Assembly (NCBI GenBank): GCA_905178155.1
Contig: CAJINV010000007.1
Location: forward strand, 3,143,151 to 3,207,150
Source: Amoebophrya sp. A120
Lineage: Eukaryota; Protista; Dinoflagellata
Reading direction: 5' to 3'
Length of the DNA: 64,000 bases
Below are positions 36,117-50,022 of this stretch, one piece after another. A program made the position numbers and the translations under genes. The notes under the pieces are model-generated. The model was not told the origin of the DNA. It was given only the letters and a program-made list of their open reading frames with translations, and ran no database searches. Numbering within the stretch: position 1 is the first letter of the stretch; each line of letters opens with the position of its first letter.

Positions 36117-38738
36117 ATGTCGTCGCAGCCGCCAACCCCACCGCCCGCGGCCGCGACTCCTCCTGTGCGGGCGGAGTCTCCGCAGCTGGAAGATTTCATT
36201 TCCGACCGGGAAGTGAACAAGACCATCGGGAAAAACAACATTTTCCGCACGCTGTGGTGCAACATTTTCCTCTATCGCAAGAAAAAACTGTTTCACTGTC
36301 AACTTGTGATGCATAGAACGGAATGCAAATGTGTTTGTCTTGCTACACATGCAAGACATTGGATTTTTAGCTGTGTTTTCCCTTGAGAAGCGCGCATGCC
36401 CAGTTTTCTTTGTCATGTGTAACAAACTTGTGATGCAGATCTTGCAAAATCATCACAGTGAAGCAGTTTTTTCGTGGGATATCCTCGTGATCGGGTCCAC
36501 GATCACGTTTGGACCGGTGTTTGACAAGTACATCCTTCAACTTTCCGACAAGAATTGGGTGGTCGGCGTCGTGGAGTCCGCCTCGGGGATGACCTCGTTA
36601 CTGGTGTTCGTGCCGGTGGCCTACCTGGTCGACCACGTGTACGGCCCCCAGGACCGCGCGCGCCTGGTTCGCAACAGCGCGAACTTACTCTCCGTCGGCG
36701 TGGTGGTGTTAGTGTTTGCCATTCTGTTTGATTCCTTCTACCTGCTCTTCCCGGCGTTGTTTCTGAACGGCGTGTTCTACGAACTCTTTTCCTCCGCCAC
36801 CGAGGCGCTGTTTGCGGACTCGGCGGGTGTCACCGGGGACCGGGCGGGCTGGTACGTAAAGAAGCAGGTCTACATCACCATCGCCGCCGGCGTGGGCCCG
36901 CTGATCACCTTGCTCTTGGCATTTGCGGATAACAAAAATCATCTTCTTGCCCACGGAGGTTTGTCTTATGACAATCCGATGAATTATGCGGACGAGTCGT
37001 GGCCTACTGACCACAGGTGGGACATCAGCACAGCCGGGGGAAACGTTCATCATTTCGATGATGGTTCCACACCAATATCGGGCCCGTTTGCGGTAGCTCC
37101 AACCGGTAGTTCATCGTCGTGGCACATGTTCAATCCGTTATTTTCCAGATATCAGCTTCCAGGACCAGCTTTACGAATGAGTGCAGCTGCGGCCTCATCC
37201 GGCGGTACAGAAGAGATAAGGTCACCACGTCCAGCAGGTGCGATTATAGCGGGAAAAATAGAAACTGCTTCTGTTTCAGCCTCTTCCCGGTCTTTACTAG
37301 AACGCAACAGCGATACTAGCACAACGCTTGCTGGCGCCGGTGAGATGCTTCTGGGAAGCGGTGTTCTTGGTGTCCAGCGAGCGATAGGAGACGCTGCTGG
37401 CGCGGGGGCATTGAAGACTCTTCCATCGACACCATCTGAGGAGTCGAGCACTACAACGATGGTCGCTGGTAATCCTTCACCTTCGTTCTTCAGCGATAAC
37501 TTCTCCTCCAGCACTTGGACCTTATCGTGGATGCACTTCATTCTGCTCTCCGGCGTCGTTCTGTTCGCCCCGTTGTACTGCTTTCTCTACGGGTATCGGG
37601 ACCTGATCCAGGAGCAGGATGTCGAGGGGAACCAGAAGAAAACCGAGGACGAAGTGTTTACGACGAACCTGACCCGCGGCGAGAAGTGGATTCCGTACCT
37701 GTGCGGCCTGAGCGACTTTGTCGTGTCGATCGGGGCCGGAATGACGGTGAAGTTCTTCAACCTCTTCTTTATTCAGGACTACCACTTTCAGCCGTGGCAG
37801 ATATCCCTGCTGCAGACCGCCTACCCACTGACCATCGCGGTTTTCACGATACTACTCGGCAAAATCGCGAAGTACTGCGGCCGGGCGCAGACGAGCGCAT
37901 GTACTTCTCACTTTTACTCGGAGATCGTTAATACGTGCTGTTGTTTCGTAAAGGGGTGATGTTTCGTAGGCTTTGGAGTTTGAAATTTTTCCTGTACGGA
38001 CTGAACTGATAACAGCGGAGCACATTATGTTAAACAAAAAGATAAAAATGAAAATCCACTTCCCAGTCGCCTTCTCCCTGAACGCGCTGTGCATGATCCT
38101 CCTGGCTCAGCTGCAGGACGTGCGCGTTTTGCTGGCAATCTTCCTGATTCGGGGCGGCATGGCAAACGGCGTCGCGCCGCTCGACCGGTCCATTCTGATG
38201 GACTACACGCCGTCGAGTCAGAGGGGAAAGTGGAACGCCGTGGAGAGCTTCACGAGCATCACCTGGAGCGGGTCTGCCTTTTTGGGAGGCTACATTGCCG
38301 ACGTGCAGGACTATCGGTAAAGTGCTACTTCTATGCTTTCCTTTTTACAGGACTTTTTCGCACAAGTTCTGGCTGTGTGTTGTTCGTTTTCACAAATAGA
38401 CCAGAATGCTATCGCATGCTATCAAGAATGACTTCGTTTTACCAAAACCCAGGCAAACGTTCCGCTACACCGGCTTCATCTATCTGGTCGGGACCCTGAT
38501 CTATTCCCCACTTCTGTTTCTCGTTCCAAGGAAGGCAAAGAAAGATTCTAGTGGCAGCGGCACTGCAGCAAGTACCGAAGCAGGTAGTGGAGCTGCAGGC
38601 ACGCTACTCCCATCGGAGCCTGCGGAGCTGGAGAACCCTGTTGATAGTACAGCTCCAACATCACAGTCTTCTACTTCTCGCGGGGAGCCTCTGTTGGTCG
38701 TCAGGGGGCGCGCACTGTCGCGAGACTCGGATCATTAA
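36117..38738 (+). CDS. Major facilitator superfamily transporter
   Basis: Exons 36117-36272, 36487-37900, 38067-38316, 38453-38738. Many TM helices and MFS-like motifs (AYLVD..G, ILMDYTPSSQRGKWNA, GGYIAD). One introner plus two GT-AG introns. Confidence 0.88.
36273..36481. mobile_element. Introner/MITE-like element, family D (209 bp)
   Basis: TIR tatcgcaagaaaaaactgtttcactgt / acagtgaagcagttttttcgtgggata. Perfect TSD TCCTC. Excision gives NIFL|VIGSTITFG. Confidence 0.92.
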
Positions 38739-39331
38739 ATAAAAGCGATAGGAACTTGGTGATTTGAAACGAATGTTGAGTGGCTCTTTTTTCAAGAATG
38801 ACGCCACGAACATGAACCTTGAGGCAGTAGCGCATGTGGTTTTGCTTTTGGTTTCCGTTTGAAAATGAACCAATGTTGACGAGCGCGTTGTGAAGCATGA
38901 GAATGCGCTCGTTTCAATGTGAGTGTGACAACTGGCCGGTTGTCAGGATTAAGTACGTTTGAAAACGCAAGTCTTGTACCTCTCCGGCGAAAGTCGAGGA
39001 GGGGGAAAGCCTTCCTGTCCCGCCCGTGTTTCAGTTTACATCGATGGAATTTTAATCTAGCAAAAAATTTACGCTTGTTTTTTCTTAAGCAAGTATGTTC
39101 AGTCAGCGAGGTGAAAAGACAGGCGTTTGCCCATGCCGTTGATCACCGTGTAACGAGAACCCCTTGATACGTGCCACCTGGATAGAGCTCGTCCTATGCG
39201 TTGCTGCAACTCGTCCGAGTTGAAGATGGGTGAGCAGTGAACATTATCGACAGATTTTTCCGGTCGAGCAGTGAGGAGATCCTCTTCGAGAGAAATGCAC
39301 TTCTACTTTCGCCATCGCCGGCACGTCAAAG

Positions 39332-42300
39332 ATGTTGTCTCTCTTCATTCGCCCTAGCCGACTTGTTGGGAAGCACCAGCGATTTCTTGTCAGTGTCGCA
39401 CGCACGAAGAGGTCAGTGGAACAGGATGACGCCAGCAGAATCGGGGGCTCGTGCCACCAAGAAGAGTGTGCCATGGGAGGTCATCCACCGGAACAAGCAG
39501 CGCCATCGCTACTCGCACCGGATGAAACATCTTCAGCCGGCGCAGTCGTCAAAGTTGGGCGAGGAGATGCGACGACCCCAGCTACGGCATTCGCACACCT
39601 GGAGCCGCTGCGCAGAGAGCGTGAGAGTCAGACTGCGGATCCCGACCTGCCGACACCCCTGACGGAGTTCCAGATAAAGGCGCAGAAAGATGGAACCTAT
39701 CCGGGCTCCTTCGAGAACCAGCCGGAAGCCCCGCACGAGGTGGTCTTGCAGTTCCACGAGAGCGGGCCCCAGTGGGTCCCTCGGAGTCAGGTGTATCCGG
39801 AATTTTTTTCCGGGAGTGGGGACAGAATAAACGGTTGCGGAGACGCCAAAGAACTCACATCTTCTGATGTGTGCTCCGCAAGATTAGCAGCGAGTGGGGA
39901 TGAACCGGAGCAACAGAAAGGGATCCAAGTGTCAGCAGCTGAAACAAATGCAGAGGCAGGAAAAGTGGCTTTGCTCGCCGATAGAAGACAGGGTTCTGCA
40001 CCAGATGAGTTGTTATCCAGCACTCGCCCAACTACAACTTTACCCAGTGCGGCCGCGACTGCTTCCTCGTTGCAGAAGCCTGTACTTCATCCCATAATTT
40101 CTGATTACCCGAAGAACCGAGGGCAACTGCAGCCCAGGCTTTCCGAGTACGCGACGACGCAGCACTTTTACCGCAACGAGCTCCGGTCCTGGTACTGGCA
40201 GCGGAAGCAGGGCACGAAGTACCAGCTGTGGTGCCCCCCGGGGGTGGTGTTTGCGAAATTGTGGAAGTATCACTATGATCCCGGGCCGCAGCAGGTCCCG
40301 CCCCTGGAAAAGTGGTGGTTTCAAGATTCCGCGCGGGAAGGACAACAGGACGAGGATCACGATGGGGACGAAGCCCCCGCTTCTCGCTGCTGGGACTTCG
40401 CCGAAGACGCGGACATGGAGTATCAGTTTCACCGGAGACCAGCGACTGGGCTTGGAGTAGTTGTTTCCACTGCCGAGCAGGGACAACAGGAAAGTTGTTC
40501 TTCATCTTCTGATATACCTGCTTTTGACTATAGCGAAGATGGGGAAGGCAATAATCCTGACGCGGGTGTTGACAATGCTGAAGATAGTGGATACGCGGCG
40601 AGTAACGCACTCGGAACGGACGAGGAAGCTAGTTCACGAGAACGATCGAGCAAAATTGAAATGCCTGAGCAGCATCGAGAGCGGCCGCAGCACACACAGG
40701 AGGCGCAAGATGTTGAACTGCGGGACAACTATCGAAAACCCCTTCCTGAGCAGAATGTGGTCCCCACAGCACCTGCCTCCTCGTCGCGCTTTCATTATTC
40801 TAGATCGCATGAAAATGCAAATGGAAATGCCAAGGAGAAAACCTCTATCTTTCAGCGAGCGGAAGTTGCTTTCGACAGAGGTGGTCATGCATTGATGAAC
40901 GAAAAAATTATATCGAGCGGCACCAAAACCAATATCCCGGTAAACTTGGTGATTGGCGGCGGCACCTGGGCTGTGGCCACTGCTAAAAACACGCCACTGG
41001 AAAATTTCGTGCAGTTTGAGTCGAACGACGCAAAATTGTTTGTCTCCGTGTATATCAAAAGGAAAAATGCCCCCTCCCCATATCAAAACGAAAATCTGTG
41101 ATGCAGATTTGTGGCCACAAATCAGCTTTGTGATGCTAGAATGCAAAAGATGCGGACTGTAGTGCTGTCTAGCGTGGAAAAGCCTTGCAGCTCCAGGATG
41201 ACAGGAGGCAGCTGGAAGTGGGAAACAGCATGACAGACCACCTGCAATTTAGGCCGCAGCTTCGTCTCTTGGCCTTCTAGCAATACAAGTCGATTTGTGT
41301 ACTCAAATACAGCATCACAAATTCGCGCATCTTCCGTTTTCGATATGGGGAGGGGGGATTTTTCACTCTGATAGTGTGCCGTGCCTTTCAAGCCTTCGAG
41401 GGCAACCGGTCGGGCTTGCTCAGTCTGTTGAGTGGTGCTTCTTCTGCCGAAGATATGCTGGACCAGCAGGAGCACCAATTTTTCGAAAACCTTCGGTTCG
41501 TCTTCACCTGGCCTTGGCTTGCGCACCGTTTTCTCCCAAAGCAAATAGTGAAAAAAGCTCATCTGCACTTCGTGGACGAATTCGAGCTCGAGGACTGTCT
41601 GCCAGCACTGTTTCACGTGTTGAAACCGAATGGCACGATCAGCTTCACGTTTGAGAACAAAGAAAGCGCGGCGGCCGCTCTGCGGGAGGTGCTGCTGAAG
41701 AATTCCACGGTGAGAAATTTGATGCAGGGCGCAGCGGGCGCGGCGTATCCCGATCATGGGGCGACACGAACTCAAGGCACGGACAAACACGGAAGCTGCA
41801 AAACCAGCTCTTTAAACGTGAAGTTCGAGTGTCTCACGGTGTCGCAAAAATGCCGAAAGGACCAGAAATTAGCCGAGAGTTTGTTGAAAACGAAAGATGT
41901 GTCCAAAGCCGACGACGAATTTCTTGTCGCGCTCTTCTGCGAACGTGTTTTCGATCCGTTTTTGCAGGCTCCGGCCCACCGGGAGAAGAAGACCGGGGAC
42001 CGGGTGCGGTTTAACGCGCGAGTCGAGGACGTCGTGCAAGACGAAGAGTTCATTGCGACGACGCCCTGCAGAAGGGGGAAACCCATGAGCGGATACTGGC
42101 GCAGGAAGGAGGGTCATGCTGGTCCGGCGGTCGTGATGTCAGACGAGCTCGAGAACGAGGGAATAAACGGGCAACATGTTGTCGAACAAAGTGCAGTAGA
42201 ACAAGATGGTTCTTTGGTAAAGACGACAGAAGCTTCATCTGCGGGTGGCGGTGCTGTAGCGAGTGCAGCAGACAAAAAAGTAATGACCGCAAATGAACAG

Positions 42301-42498
42301 TCTCGTGATGTTATTTCTGACTCGCGATCTGAAGATGAGAGCACCAGGACAAGTACTTCCTCTTGCTACCCTCCGCAGCACCTTCAGGGATGGTTCTACC
42401 GGTCGGAGTGGCGGGCCATTCCTTCCAGAAAACCAAACCAGAAACTCCGTGACCCCGCTTCCTTTATCAATGTCAAGCACAGACTGCTGAAAAGATGA
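39332..42498 (+). CDS. Hypothetical protein, possibly mitochondrion-targeted, with a degenerate class I SAM-methyltransferase-like C-terminal region
   Basis: Exons 39332-41052 and 41379-42498 joined across a family B element (FVSV|xRAF). Basic presequence-like N-terminus. Motifs LVIGGGT and LFHVLKPNGTISF. Confidence 0.62.
41053..41373. mobile_element. Introner/MITE-like element, family B (321 bp), inverted relative to 612-932
   Basis: TIR tatcaaaaggaaaaatgccccctccccatatc / gatatggggaggggggatttttcactctgata. TSD GTGTA/GTGTG. Its start matches the reverse complement of the end of 612-932. Confidence 0.93.
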
Positions 42499-43150
42499 CG
42501 GTAGATTGATACATAGTGTATGTACCTTCCCGACGAGCCCACACGACATGAAGATCGCAGACCAAACGCTAGGTCTCTACCGCGATGATGCCCAGCTTCG
42601 CGGTTCAGACTATCTAATGTGTTGTAAGAAAGACTGTTGTATGTTGGCATCATTTTACTGCAAAATCGCTTTTATCAAAATGCAACTTCTACTACTGCGA
42701 CCTCCTCTGGTCTGCAGACACGTAAGTCGTATAAAATATAAGAGTGAAGACGAAGAGCTTGAATGAGGGTCGTTGAGAGATTTGCACGTGGGGCCTGATT
42801 CATGTATCTGCGTTCACTTCTCGCACTTTCTCGTATCGTGTCTCGTCGCAAAACTCAAAACGTACTCAAGCATTTTCGGGGGGAATCGAAATCAATACTG
42901 TCGAAATTTTACTAGCGCAACGATGATATTGTAGTCGAGGGTCACGTTGAGTGGTTGAAAACTACGCGTCTGTCATCGTGAGTTGTAATGGGTCCCACAT
43001 TCAAGTTTCCATTAGTCGGCCGCTTTTTTTATCCTCGAATGTACCACCAGAAATCGCGTAAAGGATGCGAAATTAAAAAAGGAGAATCCCAATAAAAGTG
43101 AGTCGTCGTGTTTGGCATTTCGACATCTCTGCAGAAACAAGAAATACACA

Positions 43151-45829
43151 ATGCCAGACGAGTCTAAGTCTGCATTTGTCCTGCCGCTCTCCGAGCTGCA
43201 GGCGATCCAGCACCGCATTCTCCCGGCAGAGCAGGTAGAGGATTTGGGTAGGAAAAGGGCTCTGAAACTGCACGAGAACAGCAAAAAGCGCGCGGGCACG
43301 TGGACCAACACACTAGAAGGGTCAAGAAAAGCAAACATAGCCGCAAGACAGCTTAGGCTAGATGCGGAGGAGGCAGGTACGGAGTACACTTGTTGTGGAT
43401 CATGATAAGAATGATAAACCACCTTCGATCATAGGTCTTCTTCCTCTACAATGTGAAAGACGCCTGTTTCTGAAACAGGCACCAGCAATAGAAGTTCAAT
43501 GCTATAATCGAAAACCAACATTAAAACAGAGCGTCAGAAGCTGGATGAGCAGGAGGCCGCCATCCAATTAGAGAACCGTAGAAGAATAATCGCGAGGGCA
43601 AACAGATTGCTGTACGACGAGTCCGATAGAATGAAGTCCTTCCACTCAAAAATGCAGTACTCGGACTGTCTAGCGGAGCGAGAAGCTCAGGTGCAGTTGA
43701 AGGATGAGCTGAGCAGGTAATCTGATGACTTTCTGGTGCACGCAGTACAAATTAATAAGGACAAACAGTAACTGAATTGGATTTCGTGTAAACGTCCTTA
43801 CCTCGGCAGGCCAGTACAAGTGTGACAGAATTTGCATCTGAAACACAATCTCAAGCTTGTGTTGAATTTCTTTGAGCCGAACAACCACTTACATGATTCA
43901 CAGGTTAGAGCAGATTCGGGAGGAGCGATTTCTGGATATCGAGAAGCACAACTACCGAAAAATGCTGGAGCGTGAACTGCGCGAGAAGATGGAATATGAA
44001 GACAAACTCGGCAAAGCAACGGTGGTCCAAAAGCAGCAACTGTTGGAGGCAAAAACAAAGCGACTCGCGTTTATCGAGGAGGACATCTTGGAGGGTACCA
44101 CTTATGATGGCACAATCATCTTCTTCGCACTTGGCGAATGCATGAAATTGAAAAAAGGAAAAGAGCAGGGGAAGACGTTTGACCTCAGAACGACGACAGA
44201 TGGCGCTGCATGGTGACAGAATAAAAGTTTTTTCGTCTGAGAAAAAGTGGCCAAACGAAAATTTCTTCAGGTGAGCTCCTCCGCAAGAAAGCCGCAGAGG
44301 ACGCGGAGCAGGAGCGTAAGAACATTTTGAAGAGACGAGCCGAGGCCACTTTGGCACTAGTGGAGACGCAGAAGGCAAACGCGTACCTGAAATCTTGCCG
44401 GGAAGAGGACGACAAGAGGAAAGATAGGGAACGTATTTTTGATTTTTCGATACTGCTGTAGCTGTGCCCGCATGCCAATTTCAATTATCATAGCTTGCCG
44501 CACATGTTGAGGGCTTCCTGCATTTCATCAAACGCCGCATATGATTTTATTTTACAAAACCTCAGAGCGCAAAATCAACGAATACGCTGCGGACAAAGAG
44601 CGGCAGATGCAGCTCCGCAAGGCCCGGCTGAAAGAAATCCACGACAACAAGATGGAGATTCAGAACCGGCTGATCGAGAGGCAAGCTGCGCAGTTGAAAG
44701 CCGCAGCGAATGCCGAGGACGCGAGAATCGAGGGCGAAGTACTGCAGAAGCAGCTCGCGGACGAGAAAAAGAGGCTAGCGAAGGAAGCCAGATTACAGCA
44801 AATGGCAGATGACGTAAAGATGTTTTTTGATTGAAAGATACTCGCAGTGTAGAAGCGTAAGCGATAGGAAATGCAGCTTCACTGTGTAAATCTATCACGA
44901 AATTAGCAGATGAACCTAAGCTCACTTAGATGAATTACTTTTAAAATCATTCTGATTTTTGCGTATTTCAGGTAGACAAGAGTCGGCAGCAGCAGATTAA
45001 GCGCAAGGTGCTGCAGAGACAGACGGAAAAGAAAGAGGAGGTTGAGATGACACAGTTCTGGTCGCAGTGGTGCAAGCACTTAGGTATATGTTTTACGACA
45101 ACTAGCTGCCTCGGTGCTTGTATACGAACTTGCCGTGCATCAGACCGCATCATTTTCATTATGGAATGAAATCGCAGGCCCCGTCTTGTGGTTTTTGTCA
45201 TGCGTCTTTCTGCAAACACCTTCAACCGCCATGTTTACATAAAAAACGACATTTTTTGACACTGCTTCTATTTAACAGAAAACGAAGAGCGGCAAGAGGA
45301 GGGGCTGAAGTTCGAGGCCGCGAAGAAGCTGCAGGCGGAGCACCGAAAACAAATGGCCCAGAACAAAACCAAACGGAACCACGACCGGGAAACGGAGCTG
45401 TTGGTGGTGGAGAAGGCGCAGCAAGCCATCGAGATGGATTCGCTATCGAATGAAAAGATGTCTGGGTCTGGAAGGTTGCAACTTGTGATGCTGTGTGTAA
45501 ATTCTAAAAAGATTTGTATTGCATGAGCAGCAGCAGGAGGAGGAGTCCAGTTTGTGTTACGCGGGGAGGGCATTTCTCATGCGGAATCGGCATCAGGAAG
45601 CCCTCTAAAAATCTTTGATGCTAGGTGATGCATTACAGGCATTCTGGGCCACGCAAAATATGCATGACAAACGTGGCAATCTTCCAGACCTAGACATATT
45701 TGCAGCTGATATTCGCTAGAGTACTACAAGTACGCGGAAGCAATGATCCGCGAATACGCGGAGGATGGCAAGAACGTCATCCCATTGATCAAGGAACTCA
45801 AGGAGTACCGGAAACGGGAGGGGATTTAG
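43151..45829 (+). CDS. CFAP210: Cilia/flagella-associated coiled-coil protein, CFAP210/CCDC173-like
   Basis: Exons 43151-43376, 43530-43716, 43904-44094, 44271-44432, 44566-44813, 44972-45083, 45279-45443, 45717-45829. Motifs WTNTLEGSRK, ANRLLYDESDRMKSFHSK..SDCLAEREAQ and C-terminal GKNVIPLIKEL. Long E/K/R coiled coil. Confidence 0.78.
45444..45711. mobile_element. Introner/MITE-like element, family A (268 bp), inverted relative to 2932-3140
   Basis: TIR tatcgaatgaaaagatgtctgggtctggaag / cttccagacctagacatatttgcagctgata. Perfect TSD TTCGC. Excision gives EMDS|LEYYKY. Confidence 0.92.
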
Positions 45830-47435
45830 GGATTCGCAGCAGGAGAGGTTCTCGTCATGTAGTACAACTTCTCGAGGATTTTTTTTCTGCTGCTCACCTC
45901 GTCCTGGCCTATCTTCGGTGCAGCACAGTTGTCTTAGAAATACTCTGTCAGATGACTCGGAGTTTTATACTAGAGAAATTTGCTAATGCTACGCAGCCGC
46001 AGAAATGCAACCGGTAGCAGGGAAAGCGAAATCAAATTTTTAGCATGTCAGCATCGGAAGAACTAAAACCTAATTTGCTTATCACCAGTTTAATACGCAG
46101 AAAAAGTAGTGTCTCGAAGCTACTGAAAGAAGTTTTTTACGCAATAGAGTTTACAGATACAGAATATCTCTCGTCGTGGATACGTTTATCCGTTTGATAC
46201 AAATTTGTTTCAGAGTTTGACGTTACCTGGTCCTGGTTCTTTGCAGAAACGGGTACTGCGAATGAAGTGTAGCTTTAATATCGGAACAAGCTTCGGAATG
46301 ACAAAACAGGCTTATTGAACTGTACACTTGGAAAAATATGAGAATGAAAAATCCAACAGAATGAATAAGGTCGCTTTGACATCAGGATTTGTGCAACCTA
46401 GGAAGGAAAAGAAGCGCGAGGCCGTTGCGAGGCAGGGATCGATGCTCGGTGTGACTCAGCAGGCTAGCGGTGACGGCGAACCGCGGTAAAGGAAAATAGC
46501 GGCCTCTGCGGAAGTAAATGTCGGTCGATGTCGTGTCGTCCAGCTTAGTTGTATGACAGGAAAACATGTGGAAAGACCCACTTCTCTCTGGTCTGCCGTG
46601 AATGTGGAAGAGTCCGACTACCTAGATGTACTATTTACACCATCTATTCCGGCTTTAGTACCGACTTGATTTTGATACTCTCTCACCAAAGTTGGTTCTA
46701 CTTACGTTTCTGCTTCTTGTTGACAAAAAGGTTTAAGGGCAAAAGAGGAGCTTCTACTTTTTGAGAAGTTGCAAAAGTTCTGGCCTAACGCTTTGTCATT
46801 TCGTAACAACATTGTCAAAATTTGAAGAGCAGCAGCAGGAAAAAATCGGGTTGGGTGTGTTTCTCTCCGCCGGTCTGGATGCTGTTTTAGTCTTCTCGCG
46901 GCAAGCCAAGGAACATATTCGGGGTCGAAAATAACGCACTGAGCAGGTAATTCTACAAGACGTGGTCTCCAGCGCAGCTTCCAGCGCAGGTCGGGGTCGG
47001 ACACGCGGCCTCCAGCGCGGGCATTCTACAACTTCCGCTCCAATTAGCGGGCAGTACGAGCTACTGCAAATCTTGCGAATCCTCGACCAGCGGCCGGCGT
47101 CAGTATCGACGTCGAATTAGAACGTGAGGACGACAGAAGCACTGACCGAAGCTCGCCCGTTCAAGCACAGAGTGCTCACGGCATCTTCTGCTCTCAACGT
47201 GGTGCAGGAGTCGAAAAAACATAAAACCGTAGTCCCACTACCATTTGTGCGCAACGTGCACCACCGGCGCCATCCTGCTACAGACGAGATTAATAAAACG
47301 TATCTTGCGCTGCACCAGCCAGCAGCTACCTGGTCGATCGTCTCTCGTCGCCGTCCACTTCCTTGGCGCTAGTAGCCAGCGTAGGTACAACCGCTAGGTC
47401 GACCACCGCTGCTTCGGCAGACGCCACGAGCAGCC

Positions 47436-49153
47436 ATGGCGTCCTCAAGCAGCGGCCCGTCGAGCGGGCCGAACCCGAAGAAGACCACACTGAAGCAAAA
47501 CATGAATCCGAAGGAGATCATCATCACCACTAAACTCGCCAAATCCGCACGAAACGCCATGTCGAAAAAGGTGCTGCAGCTCGGGTACTGCTCCCTCGGC
47601 ACCGAAACCATGGGCGTGGTGGTCAAGCATATGCGCTTACACCAAGTGCAGGAGGTGGACCTGAGGTGTAACGCGATAGGAGCAGATGGTAGGGAATATT
47701 GTTGGGCGAGCTCTTTGTTTTGGACAAAGGACAAGCAGTACAAATTCCCCTATTGATTGTAAAGATAATTGCACCCAGATCTATTACCGGTAAAGCGTTC
47801 ACTATTTCGTGGGTGCTGGAAAAAACAAGTATTCGAAAAATTGGAATTGCTCAAGATTATTTATTCCCATCTCCACACAGCTCTCGTGATTCTTGCGCAC
47901 GCGCTGCACCACGATCGGCTTGGGATACGAAAGCTGGGATTGAAACTGAATCACGTCGGCCAGGACAAAAACTTGCGCGGAACGGAGGCATTAGCGGACG
48001 CGTTGTCAGAGAACACAAAGCTGCAATACCTGGACTTGAGGTGATCATAGTGATTTTTTAGATTTGAGTTGTTTCCTCGTTGCAGAGTTTTCCCGCATAA
48101 AAAACGCTTCATCAAACATAAAGCGTTCCTAGGTTGTACGGCGGGTACTAACTACTGCAGGTATAACCGCCTCGCAGACGAGCACATGGGGAGCGTGAAG
48201 CGAATTTTGAGCACGAATCGGCACTTGCTCACCCTTTTGATCTCGTTCAACAACGAGATCACCGACAAGGGCGCGCGGATGATCCTCGACGCGCTGAAGA
48301 ACAACTTTACGGTCCAGCACGTGGAGATGGCCTACTGCAAGTTGTCCGACCCGATGCTGGAAAAGGTGGACGGTCGAGTGCAGAAAAACCGTGACTCGGT
48401 CGTGACCGTCGATCCCCACACGGGAGAGATGATCGTGAAAGCCAAAGACGTCTCCTCCGCCGCGGAACGGGCGAAAATCGTGGAGGACCCGTGCGTGAAG
48501 AAGGTCCGCATGCTCGGGTTTCCCTTGCAGCACATCTGCATCTATCTGGAGATGCTGCAGCTGGGAACCATGCAGGCGAAAATGGCAAAGTTAGAAGGGG
48601 AAGACAAGGAAAAAGTCCTGAATCACGCCGGCATGGAGAGGGAAGCGGGGTATAGAGATGAAGAGGTCATGTTGGGACAACGAGGACAAGGTGTTGCATA
48701 TGGACAAAATACAGGACGAAATGATAATAGCAGTCTCAGTGATCTACATTTGAGTTTCCCTTCCGCTTTCCGCATTTTGTTCGAATAACCTGAAAAACTC
48801 CAAGGTTCCTGAAAGAGATCCTGCAACTTGAGGAGCAACTCGTGCAATTCACGGTCGACAAGGAGGACACGGGCGGCGAACTGCAGAAATATCTCGAGTC
48901 GACTAACGAACTGTCGGCGGAGATTTCGGAACTCGAGCACAAGCGGAATTTCGTGCAACGGAAGATGACGGACAAGATGAAGTCCATGGACACGGTGATC
49001 AGGTCCGCCCGCACCGCCTGCGCCGGGCTGCAAGAGCAAAACTACATGTCCCAAGTGGAACTCGAAAACGAGAAGAAAGAGAACGCCAGGCTGCGGTTGT
49101 ACTTGCAACGCTGCAAGAAGGACATCGAAGACCAATTCCCGGACGCCACGTGA
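47436..49153 (+). CDS. RNI-like leucine-rich repeat protein with a C-terminal coiled coil
   Basis: Exons about 47436-47688, 47881-48040, 48161-48649 (possible extra intron 48504-48560), 48805-49153. Repeats VDLRCNAIGADA, LGLKLNHVG, LQYLDLRYNRLAD and LISFNNEITDKGA. Confidence 0.85.
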
Positions 49154-50022
49154 GGGCGGGAGGGACTGGCCTTCTGGGTTCTTGCACAACTACTTCAAGC
49201 TCCACATTGGTTAATATTTTGGTGTTGCTTTGTCATTCGCAGCACAGATCATTTGAACACACATGCTCAGCAGCAGCTTCTTTGTGGCTGGGAACAAACT
49301 GAACTGTCGAAACGACGGAAGCAACATAGAAAAACCAAAGCATTCCGCAAGAATGTTGTTGGACCAAGTGAAGCCATTTGGAACCACTATGAAGTGGGTA
49401 AAAACTGCTCTCTTCTGTCGCTGTCGTTGTTTCCACTTTGTTTCCATGCACCACGACATTTGTGAGCGAGCTGAGGGACGACGTGGTTGCACCAGCAGAG
49501 TCTCTTGTCTATTCTTCAATAATTGCTTTCGTTTGTTTTTCTCTTCGTTGCGAGTGAGATAACGGTTTTTCTTTCTACCATACAAGATCTGCTTCGTCGA
49601 CGTATTGAGCGCAAGTTTGATCTACCTCCGATCGTCGTATTCTTTTCGTGAAGTGCGCGTGTTCGCCTGGTGGTCTGTAGACAACCGAAAGAACTTGTCG
49701 CATTCGTCTTTCCCAGTCGCCGGCCATTCGAATAAAGTCTTCGAGAAATTATACATAGAGGATGCTGGCGGGTTTTCGAAGTAGTAGAACAAGAAAGTTT
49801 GCTTTTGGTTCTAGTAAGCTTCACAACATAACATCAATTACTTAATTTTTCTGATGCGACCTGCTGCCTCTGGTCCTGCGTCCTTGTTAACCCGCAAGGA
49901 AAAAATGACAGGGCCGCCAGCCCACCGCTTTATTACTTCAGTGCTCGCCCGCTGACGTGGCTGAGTCCTATAACTTCCAGTTAACTGAAACTCAGGAAGA
50001 AGACAACCTGTGAATTATCGCC

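Noticed and set aside
46968-47022. tccagcgcag repeated two to three times upstream of the LRR gene
   Set aside because: Short and imperfect, with no further structure or support for a function.
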